Source of the DNA: Orbicella franksi
Lineage: Eukaryota
Length of the DNA stretch: 64,000 bases
Direction: 5' to 3'
Assembly: GCA_964199315.1 (NCBI GenBank)
Contig: OZ116699.1
Coordinates: 31,620,001 to 31,684,000, forward strand
Shown here: piece after piece, positions 39,383-51,600 of the stretch
Layout of the letters: every line of letters starts with the position of its first letter
Numbering within the stretch: the first letter of the stretch is position 1
Position numbers and translations under genes: made by a program
The notes under the pieces: generated by a model
Told to the model about the DNA's origin: nothing
Databases searched by the model: none
The model's input: only the letters and a program-made list of their open reading frames with translations

Positions 39383-40042
39383 TTCTTACCTTTTCTTCTC
39401 AGGACTCAGGCTAGGACTGTGCATCGCCGATATTAAGAAAACGGAAAACACAAGGATAACCTAACAAAGAGGTATTTACGCTTTTGCAGCGATGAAAACT
39501 GAAAAAAAATTACGTTTAGAAACACCTTTTGTCCTGATAGGCGTCTATACTTTTTTAGCTGGACAATCCCACCCCGGTACCAAATTTATGTCATTCGTCG
39601 CTATTTCCCTTCCCTTCCCGCCCCTATTTGCGACTGTTCGCCACTATTCGCGACCATTCGCTATTCGGGTTTTCCAGACACCCTTTCTGGAATCTGATTC
39701 CAAAATGTTCGTAAACAGCGAAGAGACAGTGCAATATACACTCCAGACGAGAATATTGCGTACCGTCTCCAGCATTCTCTCTTGTATTAACGCGATTAAA
39801 TATTGGATATTGTATCGCTAAAATGCGGACAAAATTCTAAGCTGGGCTTTTGTTAACTGCTTTTTACAAGGATCTTTGAATTTCTCATTGGCGTCGACAA
39901 GTGCCCTTTTGGCTGGTTGATGTGGGTTAGTTCTCTAAAGCGTATATTTATCTTCGATCTTATCGCGGTCTACTTCACTAACTCGCTACGGCGGTTACCT
40001 TACTTTCATCGACTTCACGTTGAGAAAGAACCAAGTTATCCA

Positions 40043-40479
40043 CATCCTCGGAGACCCAGAGGCAGATAATCGGGACGAGGCGATATTTTAGGGCGATCTC
40101 TTCCACTCTTGTTTTCACCGTCACGCAATAAAAAAAATATATCCAAAACCATTTAGTGGATAACGTCAAGAAATTGTGATCTTATAGGAAATAGATAGAG
40201 AAGGCACTTCTCCGAGTTTTAGGTTTGTGCGTTTTCCTAGGCTGTAGATATTTGTCGAAATGATTCGCAGAAATTTACAAAGCCCAGTATGGAAACGCCA
40301 TGTTGGTACACCTCTGTGGTGCACCCCTGTGTTGCACCAATATGGCGGCCGGAAAATAGTGTGAACATCTGGAACTGACTGTGGCTATCTAGACGACTGA
40401 TTATCTGTACTGAACAAACAAACTTTCGCCCGAAAATATCGCTTCGTCCCAACTATCTGCCCCTGGGTCTCCGAGGATG
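40043..40479. mobile_element. Non-autonomous TIR element, CA..TG termini, 9-bp TSD (AcademH- or MULE-like)
   Basis: Perfect TSD AGTTATCCA (40034-40042, 40480-40488). The ~46-bp TIR is CATCCTCGGAGACCCAG(A/G)GGCAGATA..GGGACGA(G/A)GCGATATTT. Confidence 0.85.
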
Positions 40480-41275
40480 AGTTATCCAGGTAGCTTGCAA
40501 GAAAGCGCTTTGCAAGCAAGCTGTCTTGACAGCACTCGGAGCAGGATGAGAACCCCAACTCCAAAGCGAAAATCAAAGAATCCTCGCAAAATGAACTTTC
40601 AAAGGGCCTGAAAAAACTGGAAATCAGCAACAGCTATCACAGAAGTCATGTGTACTACTTAACTGCTGCACAAGCATTAAGCACAAGCCATTAATAAAGA
40701 TGGGTCTGCAGATATTTGAGTCGCCTTAGATACGTTGTTAGTTGATGTTTCTTACTTTTCCAGTCGAGGCCCGTGGTTATCAGTGAATTGTTAAGAGTGT
40801 GATCCCAAATAATGCAACGTGTCCCAATGAAGGTCGCCTGATTAATTCAACCTTTTGCCAAAAAAAATCAATTTCTCTTAGGTCTTTAATTACGTTGCTT
40901 TGTATTAGTTCCCACTGGGATAATCGGGCCTTTATATACCACTCCTTGTGAATATCACACCGCTTGGCGCCGACCAGTTTACTCGAGGCTGTTTTTTCCT
41001 TATTGTTTATATCGCTGTTTAAAATAGCGTGTGACATTTTCTTATATTCCTTGGATTGTAACCTGTATTCAGCGTGTCTCAGAGTCTTGTAAATAAACTC
41101 GATCATTGCTGCGGCTCCCTCCACTATTTGTTGTATTATTTGTCTCCCGGCTACTTGTAACAGAAATGTTTTCTATTCGGCTGAGCGAAGCGAAATAGAA
41201 TAGAATGCACCATTCTGGCATCGTTTGAGAATATTTATTGAAGACCCAACCTTTTCCCCGCCAAATTTGTTCAAC

Positions 41276-42401
41276 CGGAGTCGACAAAACCTGGATCGGA
41301 CCGCACCGGATCACGGATCGGATCAAGGAAAAAAAATTCAAAATTCAAAATTCAAAATTTTGTTGAGCAAATTACACAAGAGTGACTACTGTGAGCGGAA
41401 CGTTTTATTTAATTCAGCTGTGATATTCCTTTATTCTTTTATAATATCAAGCCAACTGGGAGCTGGTCACAGATAAATATTTTTCAGGCTGTTGGGTTTT
41501 GATTGCGATGATCAATCATGTCTTCATATCTTTCTCCGCAGTTCAGATAAATGATATTTCGTATATTCGCTTACATCAAAGGTAAGCTGTCATGAAACGA
41601 GTCAGCATGGTAATAATAGGACGAACGTATGAATCGAAACACAAAAACTAAAAACACTAAAAAAATTACAACATTTTAGGAGTTACGTCACGAGTTTTAG
41701 AGTCATTTTTAGGGTCGTGAAGAGTTGCCTTTATGTGGAATAAAACCTAAAACGATCGTGTTCTAGGATAGAAAGCACTTAAAAGGCAAGAACAAATCAA
41801 AACGGAATGAGGATCGTTAAGGATGGCAAAGATTAACGAGGACTGCAAATAACGAACTTGAAAAACTAGGCTAGTTTTTTCAAGATGCGCAAATCGTGAC
41901 GTAACTCCTCTAAAGCAAGTCATGTCCCTAAGCTTTCGTACGTAAGCTTTCTCATTAACTGTAACGCTAACTGTAACACTCACATCTGACACGAAAAAGT
42001 AGCCGAGAATTAGCTACTGATACTAACAGCAATTTCAAAAACGAGAATGGGAGGTTCACCCAAGCTTCGAGCCAACTAACGTTCAAATATAACTACATCT
42101 GCCTGTTCATTACAATTTAAATTTGTCCTAAATTAGGCGCTTATGTGGCTTTTTAAATGACCTCTTGTCATTCTCTGTAATTAACATGTCATTGCGTCAA
42201 ATTCGGGATTTTATTTTTATTTAACATATTTTAGTTTTCTACTTTTATTTTTTATTTATTATGATCCTATAAATGATTTGATTGTTTTTTTTTTTAAACT
42301 TTTTTTTTTTTCCTGTGATCCGATCCGTGATCCGATCCGCGATCCGGTCCGTGATCCAATCCGTGATCCGGTCCGGTCCGATCCTTGTTTTGTCGACGCC
42401 G
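41276..42401. mobile_element. TIR element with (GGATC/CGGATCA)n subterminal repeats
   Basis: Inverted ends CGG(A/C)GTCGACAAAAC..GGATCGGACCG..CCGGATCACGGAT. The flanks ttgttcaac / aaattcaac match at 6 of 9 positions, consistent with a decayed 9-bp TSD. Confidence 0.65.
41678..41909. mobile_element. Kolobok-type MITE nested in the 41276-42401 element
   Basis: Perfect 16-bp TIR AGGAGTTACGTCACGA. The flanks tttt / ctaa are a degenerate TTAA. Same family as 13018-13212. Confidence 0.75.
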
Positions 42402-43285
42402 AAATTCAACCAACATTTCAAAAACCGTGTCCAACATTCTGACATCGTTTGAGCATATTTTACAAGGCCCAACGATGTTTACACGAGGCCATTGATTAAA
42501 ATACTTTGACAGATCAACCACGGCTTTACTTGGTTTCCGTCAAAAAAAAAAAAACAGTCGGCCGTTATCAACGAAAGATAAAGTTAACCGACGTAGGTAA
42601 AGGCCAAAGCCCTGCCCTAACCAAGAGTGTTTTGGCGCTCGTCATCAGCTTAACTACGGCTTCCTAGCGAAAGAAAATAAGACTAAAAAAATGGCTACTT
42701 CCCCTAGATGAGGTGCCATTCCATGTCAGATCGCCCTTCCAGAGGATTTGACAAGGCTTTCTGTTTTGATCTGGTTTTATTTTTATTTTATTTCAATCAA
42801 CCATCTAGCCACGCTTTTGTGTATCTCAAGTTATCGACGCAACTCGATCTCCATAGAAGACATTTATTCCATTATAAACTATATAAAAGCATAAATTTGA
42901 CAAAACTTATAAACTATTATATTAATTAAGGATAAAATCCTGCAAACGAGATTGAGGGAAAATTTCTTTAAAACGATCTGCAGGTACCAAATAACCTCTC
43001 TTACAGCAGTGGAAATCACATTGCTAAGTCTTCAAAACTTTAAAGATTCCGAGAAATTTGCTATTTACAAAGATAAAAATAGCTAACTTTGATCACCTTT
43101 AACTTGTCGAAATGCAAACACTGCTGACTGGAAATAACTTGAATTTTTATGCTATTACACAATAAATAAATTTGAGGGATTTGGTAATACATTGCAGTAA
43201 ATAAAAAATCACTATATCCCCAATTTCTCTAATGACAAAACTAAATGCCGAACACCGAGTACAATTATTCGCCACAATTTTTACC

Positions 43286-46200
43286 CTAACTAAAATGTGA
43301 ACGCTCGTGTGCGGAAAGGTGGTCTTTCCTCTTGGCGGCATATCCACAAATGGCACACTGGAAGGGTTTTTCATCATTATGTCGGCTGTTCATGTGACGA
43401 AGAACGGATCTTTTCTGGGTAAACAAGGAGTGACAGATCTCGCACTTGAATCTCTTCTTGGACTTGGGCTTGACAAATTTTCCTGGACGTATTGATGACA
43501 CTTCATCTTGTTTGTCGCATGTTACCTCGGGACAAGATACGTGTCGTTTTCGCAAAGATTTGAGATTGCTCTTGCTCTGTAAAGACCACAAAATGGTTCT
43601 CAACGGCTGTCTGGGCAATCTCTTGATATTGCACGAGGATTCGCCAGTGCACCCATGATGAATTTTGTCAACGTGTTTACTCCATTCGCTTTTTGTGCGG
43701 AGAGTTGTACAACAAATCTCACATTTGTATGGTTCACTGGTCGTTACAGCCACGGAAGGTCTAGTCTTAAGGCAGTTTCCAGCATCGGAACTACCATCTC
43801 GAAGGATGTTTCTTTGTGAAGGGGAAATATGTCGCCTTGTTGGGTCTCCATGAGAGTAACTGGACGCACTTTCGTTGCATACAGCATTGAACGAGTCTGA
43901 CAACTCGGAAACCTTCATAGTCGGCAATGCCTTCGAATCCGTGACCCCTTGATCGGCTAAGGCTTGAGACCCAGAATGAACAAGGAAAAAGTGCTTGTAT
44001 TGGAGACTGAACGTAGAGAATCTCTTGTCACAAAATTCGCACGGAAATGGTTTACTGCTAGTTACAGTTTGCCTATTGAAGGACCACATTCCCGCAGGGT
44101 CGCCAGATCCGAAGTTGACATCGTGCCTTCTGAATTTCTTGTTTTCAGGTTGACAATCTAAGTTTGATACGTCTTTCTTTCTTTTTATAGGAGTTGATGA
44201 AGATGCAATGCTTCGATCACTGCAAAACAACGGCATTGCTGCACTAGTCTTGTCAGTGGGAACTTGTGGTTTCAACTGGCAGACCTTGGAAAAGGCGTTG
44301 GTAACTCCAGTGTGTGCAAGCATAACGTGTCTGTAACGACTAGTAACTTGGAGGAATTGCTTAGGGCAATATTCGCACGGAAATGCCTTGTTCCTTGGAT
44401 AGCACTTTTTTGCGTGCGGTCCATCTATACAAGCTCTTGATTTACCCTCGCGGTTATTTTCATCTTTACTCCATAGTGGCCTCTCGTGCAAAGTTTTGCT
44501 GATGAAAGTCTTATCCACATCAAGTTTGGGCCGCAAAGACGAAGGTGCAACTTGATTTCCATGCGATTTTATCTCATGTCTGCCACGGCAACCTCTACTA
44601 AGGAACTCTCTTCTAGAGTACCAGCATCTAAACCGATTACATTGGACGGTGTGTTTTGTCCCTCGTGTACCCGCTTTCATTCTAACCGTCTTGAATTTCA
44701 CCCCTCTTGGCTGAGCATTAAGATTCCTGGCTACTCTGTGATCTTCACAATTCTGGAAAGCCTTTACGCTTACATTTGCTGCACAAGCTTGGGGAATAGA
44801 GCTGTTCTTCCTTTCAGACTGATTAACAAAGCGTGTGCATGAACCATGATAATTCGATCCAAATTCCTTTCCGTGTGCAATCATGATGTGCTTGTAAAGG
44901 CTATTAATTTTAGAAACGCCTTTTTGGCAGTATTGGCACTTGAACGCCCTTGCTGAGGCCAATAATTGACCATTTTTCTTCTGACGAAGGCAATGCATCT
45001 CGTCCTGAATAACACTACTGACAAACTCGTCTTCACACCCAGACCCGTTGTCATTTCCTTCGAGAGACAATTCTTTATTACAATGAATACAATAGACACA
45101 TTTGTTGCCACTTCCGAATGCAAAGAATCGAGCTTTGCAACGACGGCACACTTCCAGTGCTCCCAGGGTCGTTCCACTGTTGGTGACCTCAGTGCCATCT
45201 TTTCCTTCCTGCTTGCAGTCTTGGTCAGGAGATTGATACCTCTTCTTCCTGGAGTGCTTTTTCGTGACGTGTTTTTTCATACCACTTACACTCTGGAAGA
45301 CCTTAATGCAGAACTGGCATTTCCAAGGAGCAATTTTTGCCGGTACTGACCACGACTGCGTTCTCTCGGTTACGTTGCTGTTGTCGATCTCGATGCCATC
45401 TTTCTCCTCTGGCTTGCACACTTTGTGAGATGCTTCAGACTTTATCCGACTGGAGTGTCTTTTCTTGACATGTTTTTGCATACAACTGACACTCTGGCAT
45501 ACCTTACTGCAGAACTGGCATTTCCAAGGAGCAAGTTTTACCCATTCTGACCACGACTGCGTTCTCTCGGTCGCTTTGCTGTTGTTGATCTCGATGTCAT
45601 CTTTCTCCTCTGGCTTACACCCTTGATGAGATACTTCAGACTTCCTTCTCTTGAGGTGTTTTTTCTTGACATGTTTTTCCACACCACTGACACTAGGGAA
45701 TACCTTACTGCAGAACCGGCATTTCCAAGGAGCAATATTTAGCCATTCTGACCACGACTGCGTTCTCCCGGTTACTTTGCTGTTAGTGGTCTCGATGCCA
45801 TCTTTCTCCTGTGGCTTACACCCTTGGCGAGAAGCTTCAGACTTCCTCCTCTTGGAGTGGTTTTTCTTGACATGTTTTTTCATGCCACTGACGCTCTGAA
45901 ATACCTTACTACAGAACTCGCATTTCCAAGGGGCAATCGTATCTGCTTCTGAACACGTGTGTGTTCTCTCGGCCACTTTGCTGTTGGTCGTCTCGATGCC
46001 ATCTTTGTCTTCTTTCTTGCACCCTTGTTGATCTTCAGACCTCTTCCCCTTGGCGTGTTTATTCTTGACATGCTTTTTCATAGCACTGCCATTCTGGAAT
46101 ACTTCACTACAGTACGGGCATTTCCAAAGTCCAACTTTGCTCTCCTCACTATGGTACTTTCGCATGTGTTTGTAGCGACCCTTGCACGTCATGAATCGCT

Positions 46201-48654
46201 TATCACAATGCAGACAACAAATCTGTGGAACCCTTAACGCTTCACATTTCACTGGATCAGTCTCGGTCGATGAAGGGCACTTCTGGTCCTGCTTTACAGA
46301 GTCGTGTTTCAAAAAGTGTCTTAGTCGTCCCTGAACAGTTCGGAATCCTTCACCACAGCGTTGACATTTGTATGGCCGATCGTGCTGATTTCGTTTGTGT
46401 CGCAATAAATTTTGCTTAAACGAAAACCCTTTACGACAGAAAGGGCACGCAAAAGCGGTTTTTATTCCAGCATGCGAACGCTTGTGTTGAGACAAGGAAC
46501 GTCTGGACTGGAATGACTCGCAGCAAACTTTACAAACACGAGGTTCCTGTGTATTTGCATCAACGACTTGTTTGGGTAAAGTAAACTGCATCTTACCAAA
46601 CCGAGAGTGATGACTTTTATGCGATCTCAATGAATCTTTTGAGGTGAATTCTCTTGCACAAACATCGCATTTGAAGCGTTTATCTTCTGATAGAAATTTT
46701 GAAGATTTGGGTGATGGATTTGGCGGTGACGAATGATTAGAATGAGAAGTGTTTCGACTGTGGTGAGTCATGTGAGAGCGTAAAGATGTTTCCTTATGGA
46801 AAGATTCGTTGTAGACCTTACAATGGACAGCTGAACTTTCGACCCGTTTCACAGAAGACCAAGAGACACTTAGGGCATTTTCAGCACGGTGGCATTTATG
46901 CTGGCGCAGTGATTCTTTCGAATTGAATGGTTTGTCACAACGATCACAGGACATTTCTCGAACTCGTTTCTTTTTCCGAAAATGGCAACCTTTGTGGCAG
47001 TGCATCAACCGCAAAGAAGGGAACTCTTTACAGCAAACTCCACATGTGAACTGTCCATTCCTGGGTTGAGCCGTGTCCAGGCGTGGAGTTTCCTTATTTG
47101 GCGTTATGGATGAGACACCAAACGGATTCAGTAGTGCTCGATTTTTCTTCCTAAAGTGGGCAGCTCTGTGGCAATACATCAAGGACAAAGAAGAAAAAAC
47201 TTTAGCACAGAATTCGCATCTAAACTTCTCACTACTGTATGCTGTATGATCTTGAGAAGAACTCTGGGAAATGTTGTATTTGCCGTCTAATGCTTGCATA
47301 GTTCTCGCGGACTCGGATTCCTGCGCGGTGGCACCTTCGTTCATCGATACCTTTCGGTAAATGTATGGACTTTCCTTATTTGACACTTTGGATGTCACAC
47401 CAAGCGAAACCGGCAGGGTTGGATTTTTCTTCCTAAAGTGGGCAGCCCTGTGGCAATGCATCAAGGACAAAGAAGGAAAACCTTTGGTACAGAATTCACA
47501 TCTAAACTCCACGCTGCTGTATACTGTTTGATCTTGCGAAGGTCTCTGAGATATGTTGTGTTTTCCATCTGATGCTTGCACAGTTCTCTTGGACTCGGAG
47601 TCCTGCGTCGTTGTACCTTCGTTCACCTTTGCCTTTTGGTAAACGCATGCGTGATTGAGTAGCTGACATTCTGGAAACGTAAAGTTACACTGACTGCATT
47701 TAACAGATTCAAGTGAGGATTGTTTGGAGTCATATTTTCTTGTTTCATGTTTCATGGCAATGTGTACAGCTAACTCACGTTTAGAAACACACACCTTTGC
47801 GCACTTTCTACACTTGATAATCTTAACCCGTGGGTGCTTTTCTCGAATGTGCCTTGCTAAGTTGAAAGAATAAGCAAAGGGAGCCTTACAAATCTGGCAA
47901 ACATGGCAGGTCGAGTACTTTTTACCTCTTACTACCAATAAACCTTTTGTGGGAAAATTCTGCACAGAGTTTGAAGTTGTCTTCTGAGAAATCCCTCCTT
48001 TGTCAGACTTGCCTTCGCTCACGTTTTTGTTAACATGAATTCTCTTGTGATTAGATAAACCAATTCCAGACGTGAAACAAAGACCGCAATGCTGACACTT
48101 GTAGGGTTCTGCAAGGAAGGAAGGCTTATGCAAAGCTTCATGCCTAAGTAAATTCTCTTTCTTTCGAAAGAGCTTACCGCATGTTTTGCACGTACATGCA
48201 TCAGCATTCCTGTGTAGCAACCGTTTCTTGTGCCGCCTCAGACATTTCCAGTCAGCAAACGCTTTGTCACATTCAGTACATTCAAACTTGCCATTGGAAA
48301 GACGTCTGTATGCGTGAACTGTCTTTTCATGGTGTCCAAGACTAATTGAATTGCTAAACACCATGCCACACATCTTGCAACTGCAAATCATATTGAAGTG
48401 CAGGCTATGGTGCCTATTTCTCGACGATGGATGGGAGAAGACTTTGCCACAAATCCGACATGCATAAGGCTTGAGGCCTTTATGGATGTTCTTGTGTCTT
48501 TGTAGACTTTGAGGTGTTTTAAAGCTTCTGTCGCAGTGGATGCACCGCCAGAGGTGGTGCTCGTTGTTTATTTGACAGCGGAACTTGTTGTGAGTGGCCA
48601 GGGAAGATGGTCCTGAACAGACCATGAAGCACTTTTGACACTGTATCGGTCCAT
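43286..48654 (-). CDS. Terminal 5.37-kb exon encoding the zinc-finger array of the PRDM gene
   Basis: Uninterrupted 1789-codon frame with about 28 C2H2/C2HC fingers plus several degenerate ones (counted by eye). Acceptor tttttatacag at 48655. Confidence 0.95.
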
Positions 48655-51600
48655 CTGTATAAAAAGAAATATACAGGAAAAGTCTCATTTACAGCTACCG
48701 CTATTTTCTTTTTGTTGAGTTCTGAAATACAAAAATCGAAGCCAATCACATCATCAAAATAGTGGAACACATGCCTGCAATTTTGTCAGATTCATCTTTA
48801 TTTAATATATCCAAATCGCAAGCGTATCTGTCTCCGTACCACACCAGGAGCTCCATGCCGGGCTCAATTGTCTTGTAGGCGCGATAGTAAATTTCACCTC
48901 GGAACTGGAAGGCTACAAGATTCTGCTCATCATCATTACGGGCACAGTTCACAAAACGTAGCCAATTACTGTTTTCCTCATCCCGAGCATCAACAACATG
49001 CGTGACACGTCCATTTTCAATTATCTGCAAATGAGAAGAGTTCACCTGAGACGCAGTAGAACTGTTTCACTGCTGGTTTACAAGTTTTATGCCGAGGCAA
49101 ACGCAAAATTAAACTATGTTCACGCAAGCGACATGAATTCGATACACCTTTCTACAAAGGTGGATGTTCGGTTTGTGTTTGCGATGTTAACAAATCAAAC
49201 AAACGCAAACCAAAATGCTAGAAAAGGGACAACCTGCGATTTTTTCCGACGCCTAGTTTTATTATGGTAAATATCCTCACATGTTCTTGCGTGTAAACCA
49301 TACTTTATGGGTAGGAAAGATAACTACAACGCTGGCGGATTTTACTCCTTAGAACTGAATAACGACGACTTCGAGTTTTTATCTTGCCTAGACCTAATAT
49401 CTTACAAGTGACCCTACAACGTTAGACGGGAAAACAAGTTATAGCTTAGTGAGAAGTTTGACTCAGCCCTAAGTTTTTGATACCGAAGTTGCTAAGCAAT
49501 ATTACGGTTTCTGAGAACGACTACTCAGCGAACTTGTACTAATTATAAGGTTCTTTCTTACATCCCACATGTAGCTCTGATCCATGCTTGGAGTTACATC
49601 TGTCACGCCTATCTTTTGGCCCCAGTAAGGGCCAAAGACTACATCACTTTCAAATCTCTCTTTGGCAAAGATTCCCAATCCGGCATCTAAAACGAACAGG
49701 CACAATTTAATACCACTGAACAAACACTTGACTCTTTTGCATTCTTGACCACAACAAAACAACAAAATTTACGTTCTCACAGAATATTGCTTCAAGGTGG
49801 TCGATTGGCCAATCTTAACTTGCTTCCTGTCATAATATTACTATAGGAAACTGAGTTACGATTCAGATTTGCCACTCATAAGACTGGATATCTCCGGCTT
49901 TTCCCTGATTTTTCAGTTTACCACAAAAAATTCAAATTGTCAATTTCTTACTTTTCCTAGAATGTGGAAACTCTACAAGATGCTCTGCTAGTGTTTTTGA
50001 CTGACCATCTATCTAGTTGTTAGCTATCAAGATGTTAGTTGAAGGAGTCGTGTCACAATACTTTTAGTTGTTGTCTGCGAGTCACAAAATTTGGTACCTT
50101 CAAAATGTAAGAGACCTCAAAATCATACTGTGCTACAACATGTAAGATAAACAAGCATCAAAAGGCAACAATTAAACAAAAATGCTGTGCGGTTGTTGTA
50201 GAATGGGGATGTTTACAAAGGATTGTGACTGAAAACCGTGAAGAAATTAGGCCAAACTTTTCAAGATGGACAAACCGTGACCTAGCTTTTATCAACAACT
50301 TTTGAAACAAATTGCGCTAGTAATCCAATCGAGACAATCAGATTTTACCCACCCGGTATACTTGAAGTCTTCAAATCCATGTTACTTGGAATAGTGGACC
50401 TTGCTTTCGTCAGTCCTTCTTTTACGAACACATCTGTGGGTTCCTTAACCCACTTCAAACTACCATGAACGGAACAATTACCAATGCGCAGTTTGTCACA
50501 CTGACTGCAAACTAAACAAGACTCCCAATGTTAGTTTCAAGGTTTGGTCATGAAATGAGACAGATGCCCGAGATTGAAAGGGCATGACTACAAAACCATG
50601 CAATCGGAAGTTGGCAATATTTAAAGGACTTGGTTGATAGATGATAAAGTTTGTCTCCAGCAACTTTTTCCATCCAAACCTTTTTATTTTAAAAAACTTT
50701 CAAAACGCCACAAAAATGTGCAGTATAAAGAAAATTATCTAAAGAATCAATGGTCTCAAAATGGACAGTCGCACAAGTCCATGCTTGACTAGTTTGTCAT
50801 GCTCTTTCCATTTTTGGCATCAAGTTCGTTTCACAGCTAGTTTTAAACAGGTAAGGTCATGTGACAAAGTTATGCAATGATCTTAATACTCAGACCCTAC
50901 AATATTTACCAGTGTAATCATGCAGAAAAGCTTTTAAAGATTGTGAATTTTATTAAAAAAAAGAAACAGCTTAATTTCTCATCAAGATACATCAGGGTAA
51001 GTCTGCATGTACTTGCCGATATGACACAAAACTGTACAACATACAAGAGTCAAACAAAACAGATCAAGTTTTGTGTAAGAAAGAACAGTTTCCCTTACAT
51101 ATACAATATCGTTTTCCTGCGAAAGGACCTCATCAAAAACTGAATTGAATGCTTATGACAAATTTTGAAAAATAAAAGCGCTGAGAGACACCAGTCCAAT
51201 TGTATCCCTAACAGGTACCACTTCTAATATCTTTGCTTGCTGAGATGTCAGTTGTTTCTTTTATTTGGAATGTACTCAAAGAGAGACGACTATCAAAACT
51301 TAAAATTGAAATCCCTAAGCAATACTAAAATACAATTTTCAGCTCCTAAAAAGTAGAGTGAGCATTGGCAAGTTCCCATACTAAGTGTGTTGTTTATGAA
51401 TCTACTTACAAATATACTCATCCTCTTCCAGTTCTATTCTCTTGTTGATGCAATTTGTAGTAAATCTTAGTTTCTGAAAATACATTAATTTTACAGAGCA
51501 ATAATGTGCATCATATACACATACAGTATTACACGTTCCATTAATAAATTTGCTGCCTTTGTTGAGAAAACTAGACACCCCATTTGTAACTTTGAGTCAT

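Larger units (their letters stand above)
38458..39683. mobile_element. Mutator (MULE)-like non-autonomous element, 1226 bp
   Basis: Perfect 9-bp TSD TTTCTGGAA (38449-38457, 39684-39692). Perfect 22-bp TIR GGGTGTCTGGAAAACCCGAATA with subterminal CGAATAG repeats. Confidence 0.9.

Noticed and set aside
40780-41124. 114-aa minus-strand ORF MEGAAAMIEF..
   Set aside because: No recognisable motif, no partner exons found, and it lies among repeats. It cannot be supported without a database search.
43307-46419. Plus-strand and alternate-frame ORFs overlapping the zinc-finger exon
   Set aside because: They are short shadows of a long coding exon, with no motifs or splice support.
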